From: Tubiluchus corallicola
Lineage: Eukaryota > Animalia > Priapulida
DNA length: 64,000 nt
NCBI GenBank assembly: GCA_030141605.1
Contig: JAQGDQ010000144.1
Span: forward strand, 1-64,000
Direction: 5' to 3'
Of this stretch, positions 1-11,000 are shown piece by piece; position 1 is the stretch's first letter, and each line of letters starts with the position of its first letter. A model generated the notes under the pieces. The model was not told where the DNA came from, ran no database searches, and was given only the letters and a program-made list of their open reading frames with translations. Position numbers and translations under genes: made by a program.

Positions 1-1502
1 GCTCGTTTGTTTACAATATTTTTAGAGTTAAACTAGTTGCACTTGTTAACTAGTATCGTATATGGTTAGAGTATCTTAGAGGTTAAACATTATAGCTAAT
101 AAACAGGTTTCTGAAACCGCTTCAGCTAGTAATAGTTTCAAGAAACAATATATAGTTAAATAAATGGATTACCTTACATTTACAACTTGGAATAAATACA
201 TTACATATTAAAAGGCGCTTTACTACCCTGTATAAAATAAAGTAAGTATTTAAAGTAGTTTTAACACATATTAGGTAGACTTACTAGGTTGCAACTGAAA
301 ATATGTCTCGAGCTCATGCAGTTTGTTTTCAAAAAGCTGGACTTATTGGGTTTCTTCAGCAGACTGCGTGCACTGAATTGAGACGCATTTCCGAATCACG
401 CTATTGCTTAACATTGCAGGACCAACGCAAACTGCTGCAATTCTAAAATCACAAACAGATCACACTAAACTGCCTCCTTACAAAAGCTTAAATAACCTAC
501 CTACCTGTTCACTTGCATAGTACCTCCTGATGCATAGTTGCAATGCGCCTGGTGACTGGCTGAAGTGGACGCTCCTGTAGACTTATTAGGCCTGTCTGTA
601 AGTGTAAGGGAAAATGGACTTATTAGACTTTTTAATTTGCCATTACTTGCATAATAGGCTTCAGATCATCAACTCGTTTAGTGGAAGATGCATCAAGGTA
701 CTAAGATATCAATAACTCTCTTTTGCCCAAAAATGGATTTATTGGGCTTTTCCCACTGGAAACAAATCAATTACTGTTTCTAAACATTTTTTGAGACCCA
801 ATATTAAATTGTGCAATTTTGCTGTAACTTTGGGTTGGTAACACAGAGACGAATTTAATGGGACTTGGATTGCACTTTGCAACCAATTTTCCTGTGTTTA
901 CAAATCCCTGTGATTCAAGAAATACAAAATGTATTATTCCATTGCATATCTGTAGACAGAAAAAATGCAAACAAACATAATACATATACATATATAATGG
1001 TGCATCCTTTGTTGTAAAATAGGCTATTTGTTTACAAGTGCAATAATGCAATGCACAGTTTTATTGGATAAAGAACACTGTCTCTTGACATTTTGTCATT
1101 TATATAATTCCTGATACCACGATTGAGCCAGTTTTGTATTTACTGTTATTTTTTTCCACTTCACTGATTAGACTTGCTATCTTTTCTGAATATTTTTTGA
1201 AGCCAAAAAAATCTAGTGTTATTATTTATGTGAAACAGTGCGTTCAAGACAGTCATAGTTGACACAGTTATCTCAGGTTACCACAGTTGCAATGAATTCA
1301 TTATATATGCATCTGTTAAGTGCTTCCCTAATTCTTTAGCATTTGTGGCAGTTTGCACAAACATAATAATCAGAATTTGGATTTGGTTCAGAGTAATAGT
1401 GCTTTTTTATGGATTTTATTTATATAGTTTAGAAATTAACAGACTGCATAATAAAAAAATCTTTTTTACAGAATCTTGTGAGAATTAAAAGAACTTGCCA
1501 AC

Positions 1503-4500
1503 ATGGAAATTGTTTTATGTGAAAAACACGAGGTACCGTGCCTTTTAAAGACAGGAACCAACAATGGGCCAAATAAAGGAAGAAGTTTTTACATTTGTGG
1601 TAATTCTGAAAGGTGTACTTTCACTAAGCAGGCAAAACATATACCACAAGTAACTTGTCAATGGCACAGCAATGCATTAGTTGATCTACAAGCTATTAAA
1701 GTAGATGACGGCGACAGTAAGCTCTACATACGTTGTGAAGTGCTTCGAAGGCAAGGAAAACCTGGTTGGTGTGGATTTGTCAATCTTGAGCAGGCTGAAT
1801 CATCTGCTAAGCAAAGTACAGTTATAGCGCTTGGCCAAGGGATTAATGACGGTACACTTTTTAAGGAGTCTTCAGTAAAAAACATGGAAAATGTTAAAAT
1901 CCCCATTTCTAAGGCATCTTTTTCAAAGGATAGGTGTGGCTTACAAAAACCTGCCAACAGTACCATTTCTACATCAAAACCTATCGTCACTCGTATTGTT
2001 TCTGCAAATGAATGTGCAGATGTAAATATGACATCAGTTACCAATGATAGCATCAGTGACAGCAATAACAGAAGTACCAGTATCTTTCAGCAACAAAGTG
2101 TGGATAGTCGGACTAAAATTACTTCTGTGGAAGCCTGTGTTCAACAATCTAGCAATGACACATCATTGGTAGAATATAGAGACTGCAGTATGATATCCAT
2201 TTGTAGTGACTCTGATAGTGATGATGATAGTAAAAATAATAATGCAGCAAAATGTTCAGTTGAAAAGCCAGTTATTGCTGACCAAAATGATTCATCATTC
2301 ACGGAGTACAGAGATGCTAGCATGTTATCTATTCACAGTGACAGTGACAGTGATGATGAAGCCGATGACATAATTGCTCTAGGAAAAGTTGCCAAACAGA
2401 AGACTAATAATCAAGAAATAATTTCAACATCTACCATATTTACACATAATAGTAGTGATCCTGCAAAAACTCAAAGTGGGAAGGCCACTCCAAATTTAGA
2501 AAAATCATCCATTGATAATTTAACCATGTCAAGACATTCAATAGCTAGTCAAAAGGCAGATATACCCTTATTGCAAAAAGTCTTGAAGAAGAATGCTGCT
2601 CATGATATGCTACAATCATCTCTTAACAGTTTTCCAAAAGGTCAAGCTGCCAAAGCTGATCAAGCCAGCAAGAAAACTGATTCAGTTGCACTGCCCAGTG
2701 CAATAAAGCCTACGAAAAATGATATGGCAACTACTGAGGCACCAAGGCAAGACGACGATGCACTGTTAAGAGAAACTAATCCTAAAAGTCAAGCAATCAT
2801 CACTGCAGGTCCGGGGTGTGTTATGTCTTTTGTTAATGTAGGTATGAATACAGACAGTAACACACAATCAAATGAAACTAATGCTAAAACTACAGTGACT
2901 GTTACAGCAATACCAGGAGTCAACTCTGGACATACTGCTGGTTATTCTAACACAGCTGGATTGAATACAGATTATGCTACACCTTCAAAGGAAACAGAAA
3001 CTAAAATTAAAACAACTGTCATTCCGTCTTCTGGCACTGGTGCTGTTGTGCATCCCCCAAACATTTCTAGTTTGAAGCCTAATGCCAAAGCATTTATCCC
3101 TGCATCACAACATTACAGTTCAGATATATGTGCAAAGAAAAGATCATTGCACATGCAGTTAGCAGAAAAAAAGAAACTTTTATATTCTTTTGCAAGTAAG
3201 CTTCCTGATGGAGGTGACAAACTAAAGAGAGACTTGAAAGTGCTGGAAGAGGAAATTCAGAGGTTAAACTTGCAAGGTGCCACTTTTAGTTGTAATAGCG
3301 TGCTGCAGCCTCATGGCCAGATAATTTCTTCACAAAAGACAAACAATCCTCCAGGGTTTATTCAGAGGTTTCATCCAGCTTCAATGAAGCAGACAAATTT
3401 ACTTGGAAAAGCTGTCCCAATGTCTGCCTTCGATGTAAGCCGAATGTACGCCGCTCATCCGCAGTATCAAACATTATATGAAGGTAAAATGACAGCTGCA
3501 AAGAAAAGAGAAGTGGCTTCTGTTACAGGTGAAGCTATTGAAAAGCTGCATAAGTCTCTTCAAACCTGTCCACCTGAAACAGCCGAGCTGCAAGATCCTG
3601 AAGGCTTGAAGGTGGATTTGATGATGCATCAGAAACAAGCTTTAGCTTGGCTTACTTGGCGAGAAAATCAGCACCCACCTGGAGGAATACTTGCTGATGA
3701 TATGGGTTTGGGGAAAACTCTAACGATGATTTCATTAGTACTGATCCAAAGAAAAAAAGCACTTCAAAATGACTTGTCCGATGAAGGTTGGCATGGAAAA
3801 AATACCGCAAATCTGATTAAAAGCAACGCGACGTTAATCATAGCTCCTGCTTCACTGGTGCATCAATGGTATAGAGAGGTCGAAAAGCACTGCGAAAGGG
3901 ACCTCTTGAAAGTTTTGCTTTACCACGGTCCAAACCGCCAGCGTAATCCCAAAAAGATAGCTGGGTATGATGTAGTACTGACATCATACAGCATTATTGG
4001 AAAAGAAGTGGGTAAGGATGATACAGCCAGCCCGGATGAACCTGCTGAAGATAAGGAGCCAGCAAAAGTTAAACTTTTGAATGAGCAGCCTAACCTGATG
4101 TGCATTGCCTGGCAGAGGATTATTCTTGATGAAGCACACAGTATAAAAAATCACAAGTGTGTGTCAGCAATCGCGGTCTGTCGGTTACGTGCAGGAAAAC
4201 GATGGGCAATGACTGGTACACCCATACAAAACAATTTATTAGACATGTATTCACTACTAAGATTTTTGAGATGTTCTCCTTTTGATGAGTACAAGGTATG
4301 GAAGCGATGGGTAGATAATAAAAGTGATCAAGGTACTCAAAGACTAAACACACTTGTAAAAAGTCTTCTACTTAGGCGTACCAAACAACAAAAGGGAACT
4401 ACAGGAAAACCACTTATAGAACTCCCTAATAGGAAATTCACCACACACGAAGTGGAGCTAAATTTCGAAGAACAAGAAGTGTATAATCGTGTTTTCTCCC

Positions 4501-5456
4501 AGTCTAGAGCAGTACTGATAAATTATCTGAAAAAGCATGATGAGAAAGGAAGTGAGAATCTAGAATGGGCCCAAAATGATTATGCACCTAAGAATCCATT
4601 CCAGTCAGCTAGCAGTGCTCTAACTTCTACCAATTCCAACCGTTATTTCCTAAAATTACCACAAAATGCACAATCAAACTCCAGACCAGACAAACACGGG
4701 GCATCATACATGCTTGTTCTTTTATTGCGCTTACGGCAATGCTGTAATCACTTGCATTTGATGAAAGATGTCATTGATGTAGAAACACTAGAAAATGAAG
4801 GGTTAGAGATGGATATGACTAATCAAATGAAGGATTTACACATAATAGACGACACTAATGAAACTGAAACAACAGATTCGGCAAAGATGGAAGCTTTTAG
4901 ACCAGAACATCGCAGTGCAAAGATGTCTATCGTTTTAGAGACACTTCACAGAATTAAGCAACAGTCTGAACCCGGAAAGCCAGCAAAAAGTGTTATTGTC
5001 TCTCAGTGGACAAAGATGCTTGAAGTGATGGCCCTTCATTTGAGGCAAGAGGGGTACCGATATTGTATGATTAGGGGTGACATTCCGGTAAAAAAACGAA
5101 CAGATATTGTAGAGGAATTCAACAATAATAAGAATGGCCCAGAGGTGCTGCTGTTGTCCTTAAAAGCAGGTGGTGTTGGCTTAAATCTTGTTGGAGGAAA
5201 CAATCTGTTTTTGTTGGATATGCACTGGAACCCAGCACTAGAGTCTCAAGCCTGCGATCGCATCTATAGAGTAGGTCAAACCAAAGATGTGGCAATACAT
5301 AAGTTTGTTTGCAAGGACACAGTGGAGGAGAAAATACTTCAGTTGCAGGAAAAGAAACTGTCTCTAGCTAATGACGTACTGAAAGGTGGTAAAGTGCAAA
5401 GTCAAAAACTAACACTGGATGACCTAAAGATGTTATTTAACATAAAAAACGTTTAA
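1503..5456 (+). CDS. TTF2: Transcription termination factor 2 (lodestar), SNF2-family ATPase; single coding exon, 1317 aa
   Basis: N-terminal GRF-type zinc finger (C..H...GPNKGRSFYIC...C) and a Gdown1/TTF2-type LPDGGDKL motif. SNF2 motifs GGILADDMGLGKT, RIILDEAH, AMTGTPIQN, LLRLRQCC, SLKAGGVGLNL, HWNPALESQACDRIYRVGQ; C-terminal KLTLDDLKMLF. Good Kozak context (gccaacATGg). An acceptor ttttttacAG at 1470-1471 implies a 5'UTR intron. Confidence 0.95.
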   Translation: MEIVLCEKHEVPCLLKTGTNNGPNKGRSFYICGNSERCTFTKQAKHIPQVTCQWHSNALVDLQAIKVDDGDSKLYIRCEVLRRQGKPGWCGFVNLEQAESSAKQSTVIALGQGINDGTLFKESSVKNMENVKIPISKASFSKDRCGLQKPANSTISTSKPIVTRIVSANECADVNMTSVTNDSISDSNNRSTSIFQQQSVDSRTKITSVEACVQQSSNDTSLVEYRDCSMISICSDSDSDDDSKNNNAAKCSVEKPVIADQNDSSFTEYRDASMLSIHSDSDSDDEADDIIALGKVAKQKTNNQEIISTSTIFTHNSSDPAKTQSGKATPNLEKSSIDNLTMSRHSIASQKADIPLLQKVLKKNAAHDMLQSSLNSFPKGQAAKADQASKKTDSVALPSAIKPTKNDMATTEAPRQDDDALLRETNPKSQAIITAGPGCVMSFVNVGMNTDSNTQSNETNAKTTVTVTAIPGVNSGHTAGYSNTAGLNTDYATPSKETETKIKTTVIPSSGTGAVVHPPNISSLKPNAKAFIPASQHYSSDICAKKRSLHMQLAEKKKLLYSFASKLPDGGDKLKRDLKVLEEEIQRLNLQGATFSCNSVLQPHGQIISSQKTNNPPGFIQRFHPASMKQTNLLGKAVPMSAFDVSRMYAAHPQYQTLYEGKMTAAKKREVASVTGEAIEKLHKSLQTCPPETAELQDPEGLKVDLMMHQKQALAWLTWRENQHPPGGILADDMGLGKTLTMISLVLIQRKKALQNDLSDEGWHGKNTANLIKSNATLIIAPASLVHQWYREVEKHCERDLLKVLLYHGPNRQRNPKKIAGYDVVLTSYSIIGKEVGKDDTASPDEPAEDKEPAKVKLLNEQPNLMCIAWQRIILDEAHSIKNHKCVSAIAVCRLRAGKRWAMTGTPIQNNLLDMYSLLRFLRCSPFDEYKVWKRWVDNKSDQGTQRLNTLVKSLLLRRTKQQKGTTGKPLIELPNRKFTTHEVELNFEEQEVYNRVFSQSRAVLINYLKKHDEKGSENLEWAQNDYAPKNPFQSASSALTSTNSNRYFLKLPQNAQSNSRPDKHGASYMLVLLLRLRQCCNHLHLMKDVIDVETLENEGLEMDMTNQMKDLHIIDDTNETETTDSAKMEAFRPEHRSAKMSIVLETLHRIKQQSEPGKPAKSVIVSQWTKMLEVMALHLRQEGYRYCMIRGDIPVKKRTDIVEEFNNNKNGPEVLLLSLKAGGVGLNLVGGNNLFLLDMHWNPALESQACDRIYRVGQTKDVAIHKFVCKDTVEEKILQLQEKKLSLANDVLKGGKVQSQKLTLDDLKMLFNIKNV

Positions 5457-5727
5457 GCAGCACATATAGATGTTAAGTGTAGTGGTGTTAGTTTATTATC
5501 TAAACACTTATTAATAACTGTTTAATAAGTTGCTGATTGTTTTTGCACACCCTTCTAGTTTATTTTGTGTATATAATAATAATTGTCCTTGATTTTTCTC
5601 ACAAGCTTGATAATTAGTAAATATTTTGATAAATTTCGCGATATTTGTTGTAAATGTTGGTCTTCAGACTGATTAACTTTTTGAACTTTTTTTGGTTTAA
5701 AAACATTTCATTCAGAGTACTCATAAA

Positions 5728-5773
5728 GGTAGTGCAAATATTTAATTAATGGTAGTGCAAGGTATTTAATTAA
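5728..5773. repeat. Short tandem duplication (~23 bp x2) downstream of TTF2
   Basis: ggtagtgcaaatatttaattaat followed by ggtagtgcaaggtatttaattaa. Confidence 0.6.
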
Positions 5774-6064
5774 ATTTATGCAATTAGTTTCTTTTTGTTT
5801 ATTCAGAAGTCTGACATTACACAATAGTGCAATGGCAACTTAGTTTGGGGTTTATAACATAATAAAAGTTTGTGTGAAATGTGTGACACTGCATTATTCT
5901 CGATTGGATTTAATTCTATATGTTTACACTAGCAATAATATGCCATCTGAAATTTTGTGTAAGTTTATTGGTTTATTTGAATGTTAAAGATAAAAAATGC
6001 AGCAATTTATGTCGTCCATGTATAGTTTAATGACTTTTATTGTGCTAATTGTGTCATCAGCTGG

Positions 6065-6225
6065 TTTTCCTCTTTTTTCTTCTGTCTCTCCCTCTTTTTT
6101 GTCTTCCCATAGTCTCTCTCTCCTTACTTCTCCTCTCTCTCTCTTCTCTCTCTCTCTCTTTCATCCCTTTTCCTTATCCCCTTCTCTCTCTCTCCTCACT
6201 CCTCTTTCTCTTTCTCCTCTTCTTT
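6065..6225. repeat. Degenerate CT-rich polypyrimidine microsatellite
   Basis: Near-pure C/T tract (tctctccctc...); it explains the spurious S/L/F/P-rich ORFs at 5997-6255. Confidence 0.85.
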
Positions 6226-7019
6226 AGTTATCTGTTAGAAACTAGAATCATTTAAAATACACATGCAGTGTTTAAAGAGTTAATCTTGTTTTCCATTTTA
6301 TTTTGGAAAAATATTTTGTAGCTGTTGTTATTTCAAATTTTCAAGTTTTCAAGTTTTGCATTGTATCGTTTGCTGCATGTAATCACTTTAAGTTCAACCA
6401 GTTTTCATAGGATTAGAAATTCTTTGTGCCTAATAAATAAATATGTTTATTAAATAATAATTATAAAAAGTGAAAACACCAGTTTGCAAATTATACAGTT
6501 TGTGAATATCTTAGGGCTATATTTGCACAATGCTGTGCAAGATCTTAGTTTATTACTGACCTGGCAGGACTGTCACGGTCACATTCTGATGCATGGAAAT
6601 CTCTAAACACCTTAACAAACAAAATAATTTGGTATCACAGGAAAAGTAACTGCCAAAGAGCGATATTCCTAAATGATCTCCTATTAAATCAGTTTCCAGG
6701 CTTTGTATTGCTTAACTTTGGTAGCCAGTCACGCGCGTAGTAATCACTATGCAAACATCAACATGATTTGCTGCCTAATTACAAATGTTCGATTTATAAC
6801 ATTTTCTGTGCATTTCATTTTCTATGACATGACGGTTCTGAGAAATGGTAATTCTGAGAAGTAGATTTTTCTGGCGGTACTGAAATGTGTGGAACACAGC
6901 CTGCATAACTACATGTACAGGCTATAACATTAAGGACTAGTCCTATTAGCCTGAAGGCTAACGAAATACACACATAACTATTACAAATTTTCAGGGTCTG
7001 CGGCATTTGCAATTTCATG

Positions 7020-7880
7020 AACAGCTATCTCAGGCTGCACATAATATTGTCATTATGTTGGTATAATATAAGACACTTTTGTCCAATGTTGGTCCCATCT
7101 TGGTACAATATTGTACAACAATATTTTTATAATCATATTAAGACAAGATTGCATCAATATTGGTACAACATTGGACCAATGTGCATTTCCAAGATACCCA
7201 CAATATTGTTGCACGTGTTCTTTTATGTTGACAGAACATTGTCACGACATTTATAAAATATTTGTAAAAATATAAAAAATATTGCAAAAATGCAAAACAC
7301 CATCTTCATCTTGGTACAATATTTTCTAGCCATCTATTTCCAAAATACCCACAATATTATTGTAAATGTTGACATCACATTGTCACAATATTTTTATTAA
7401 ATATTTGTAAAAAAATACATTCTCCATGTTGGTACAATATTGAATATTTCTACAATGGTCTTTGACAGTTGTATTTTATCAACGGAGGACTGTATTTATC
7501 AGCTTTTTTAATCATTTTAGAAATTGTCTTTGTTAATAATATGTACCCACATAAACATTGTGCAAAAAATTAAACTTAGCGGTGATTTTAATCTAATAAA
7601 TGAGACTGCGAGAACTTACTGTGAATTCGTGATTCGACTGAGAGCATTAACCTATACCATAGAATTACTTGTGAAAAAGCAAGAGAAAAATTAAATTTGC
7701 AGTTATGCCATAATACAGGGCATGTTTCAATATTAATAGATTACAGCTTAATTATAGAATTCAGTGTGTGATTTTCAGCCAATATTGTTACAATGTGAAA
7801 AAAATATTGTCAAAAATACTGGTACAACATTGTGGCAAGTTCACATTCCACACAGTAAACATATTGCCTGATAATTTCTG
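7020..7880. repeat. Degenerate internally repetitive element (ttggtacaatattgt / aatattgt motifs), probable old non-autonomous DNA transposon
   Basis: Recurrent ttggtacaa(t/c)att. A ~110-bp block (ttggtacaa...atttccaa.atacccacaatatt.ttg...acattgtcac...aaatatttgtaaaaa) occurs at ~7160-7270 and again at ~7310-7415. Confidence 0.55.
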
Positions 7881-9023
7881 GTCGAATATTTGCTAAAATA
7901 TTACTGCCATGGATATACCTAAATTTGCCTTGTTCCAGACATTAACTAAACAGATCGAGTACAATATTCATTCAAGCAACCACATACGACCGGTCACACA
8001 GGTAAAGACTATTCACAACGAAAGGACGGTAATTGAGATAATTCCTAAAAGATGTGGCCTTTATGAGCCATCTTGAAAGCCGCCATGCTTTTCAATTGGC
8101 CTCCAAAATTAATCAACTAGATGGGTTTTAGCATCGTGCAAAGTTTCATGCTTTTAAAGCATAAGAAACCTTCCATTTACATAAAGCTTAAAAAATCGTC
8201 TTGAAATTTTACGCCATTTATGTACTGGCTTTGGCATATAGTTCTTGCATTGGCAGTAACACAGTATAAAACATGTAAATTTTAACTCCTGCGAGTCATT
8301 TGAAACAAGTTTAGATAGCACTGAGTAAAGTTTGAAAAAATAATCAGAGCATTCGTAGTGCACACATCACTAACAAGTAAAATTTTAAATTACTGTGTCT
8401 TGTCAATAAACAAATTTTAAAATAAACGTTTTTTTTTTGGTTAGTGAGTAGTGCACCCTGGAGATGAACCAATTGGTGAAAACTTTTTAAATAATTAATA
8501 ATTTTCTTTTCTAGTTACATAAGTCTTTCAAGTAAGCAAAATGCGTAGTAATGTAACTTTGCATGGAAAATATTTTCGTACATATTTTAACATTTCCTTT
8601 TCTTCCTCTGATTTACGTTGCGCGTATATGACGTCATGTAATGGCGACTTTGGAACAGTATTGCAAGAGGTTTAAAATGAAAATACACAAAAATCCTTTC
8701 AATCCAAGTACGACATACACATAAAGTTCTTAACACCATTTTTGTGAAACCCATTTCAAGTACCCCTTTTCTTGTCCTTTAAGTCAAAATGAGTCATTCT
8801 GTCATTTTCGTGTGAATATATTGGACAAATTTGTCTAGCAAACTGAAGAAATTAAAGCCTATTAACACAAATCAATGAAACGCATGGTACCAATAGATAA
8901 TATTATTAATGATTAATGAATACAATTATATTTTTATGCTTGAAACTGCTACCATATGATCGATCAGCATTGATTACATTCAATTTTATGTGAAATATGC
9001 TCTCAAATTTTGTTTAATTGACA

Positions 9024-11000
9024 GTAAGTCATAAGTCATTTATTTCACATTACGCATTTACAATAGTTTCATGTACAATATATAGTGAAAGGGCCTACAA
9101 TGAACATAATACAAATAAGCTTTTATTGTTTCTGCACAAGCAAAGCCTCACACACTGTTCACCTATATACAAATGTAAATGTGTTGCGGGCAATCAAAAA
9201 ACAGAGCTTATTAGATTGTCCAACACAGTGAAAGAAAAAAAGTAATGAAAGTAATCTGAAAATTTGAAGTGAGTCATATGATGATAGATGAAGAAAACAT
9301 TTAGTGCTTAAAATGGAATGATGTAATAAGTGAAGCTCATATATGAGATGATATAAAAGATAGAAAGACTATTATTTGTTAATAGTATGCAAAATTAAGA
9401 TAACTTGATTAAGATACCACCACTGTGAGGATGGATACTGATAGAAGTTTTGATTACTCACTGATACTTAAAACTTGATTTTTTAGCATTTTTTAAATCT
9501 AGTAATAGATCTGCTATTTTTTGCAGATTGACAAATCTCATTCAAGACTTTTGGTTCTTGAAATATTATAAAATGTTTAGCTATATTGGTTCTACAGAAA
9601 GGCACAATGTATTGATTATATCTTGTATTATGTCTCTTAGATATCAATTTGACAGGAATTGCAAAAAACTTAGGAAATAGTATATTATTGCATTTATACA
9701 TAAACACAGCAGTATTCAATTTAATTAAATCATCTAATTGCATAATGCTACATTCACGGTAACGAAGTAAAGGTACTTCACTACGTTTCTGTAGGCCATA
9801 TATTAACCTTAAAAATCTTCGTTGCAACATTATTAAGCATTTCAGTTTAGATGGATATGTGGAGCCCCAAATTATGCTGCAGTAATTGAGATAAGGTAAA
9901 ACCAGACTATTATACAAGATTAGTAAGTGTTCTTTCGAAAGACTGTGTTTGACGTGAGTAATGATGCCTATATATTTAGTAATTTTGAGTCTGATGTAAG
10001 AGATATGATTGCCAGTCTAATTGTTCATGTATGACAATACCTAAGAATTTAATTTGTTTTACTTGTTGAATATTACTATTTTCAATTTGTAGTGTCAAAT
10101 TTGGCATTCTCTTGTTTCTTGATCTAAAAACTACAAAGTGATAATTTATTACTCCTAAACCAGTTTGATATTTGCTGCAATTCATTGTTTATTTCTGTTT
10201 CATTAACAGTATTATAATATTTAAATATTAAACCGGTATCATCAGCAAACTGCCGGATTTTTCCTCTATTAATACAATGTTTTATATCATTGATGTACAC
10301 AAGAAACAAGAGTGGACCAAGTCTCGACCCTTGTGGAACATCACAAGATATTAATTTTGAATTAGATATATAATTATTATACTTTACTGCTTGTAACCTA
10401 CCAGATAGGTAACTTACAAACCAATTATTTGCAAGACCTCTTATTCCATAGTGGCATAATTTGTTAATTAAAATTTTATGATCAACAGTGTCAAAAGCTT
10501 TTGACAAATCACAGAATATGCTCACAGGTAACTTATTATCTTCAATAGCTCTAATTATGTTGGTCAGCATATCAATTAAAGCCATTTCTGTAGTACTGCT
10601 TTTACGAAATCCATACTGTGCGTCATTTAATATGCTTTGTTCATGTAAGTAATCTGTAAGTTGCAATGACACACATTTCTCAATAATTTTCGAAAAACAT
10701 GGCAGTAATGAAATAGGCCTGTAATTATTTATACAGTGCAGATCGTCAGTTTTGTGAATACGAAATATTATGGATTGCTTTAGCTTATTAGGGACAATTC
10801 CAGAGGTAAGTGATAAATTAATAATATGGGTTAAAGGCATTGCAATATATTCTATAATATCAACCATTATTCTGGGAGAGAGCTGATCAATGCCGGTACT
10901 TCTATTTGGGTGGAATGGCTTGCAAATTCTAATGATTTCATCTTTAGTTACAGGTTGAAAGAAGAAGGAATGTGGGCAATTTCCTTTAAGATATGGGTCA
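9024..11000 (-). mobile_element. 5'-truncated, frameshifted non-LTR retrotransposon (L2/CR1 group, Crack/Daphne-like) with RT, C-terminal domain and 3' tail
   Basis: ORF 10867-10124: NYRPISLLPCFSKIIEK, QYGFRK, DLSKAFDTVDH, VPQGSRLGPLLFLVYIND, FADD. Continues by frameshift into KFLGIVIHEQLDW (10185-9976) and LPYLNYCSIIWGST (9917-9483). The minus strand ends in gtgAAATAAA followed by (TGACTTA)2 at ~9024-9047. Confidence 0.9.

Noticed and set aside
1724-4353. Antisense ORFs inside TTF2, and similar ones within the ZNF, GLB1 and PKD exons
   Set aside because: Shadow frames of real coding exons with no recognisable motifs
5997-6255. Hydrophobic, signal-peptide-looking ORFs
   Set aside because: Products of the CT-rich low-complexity tract
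6552-6570. actgacctggcagg resembling the U1 snRNA 5' end
   Set aside because: The downstream sequence has no U1 stem-loops or Sm site; chance match
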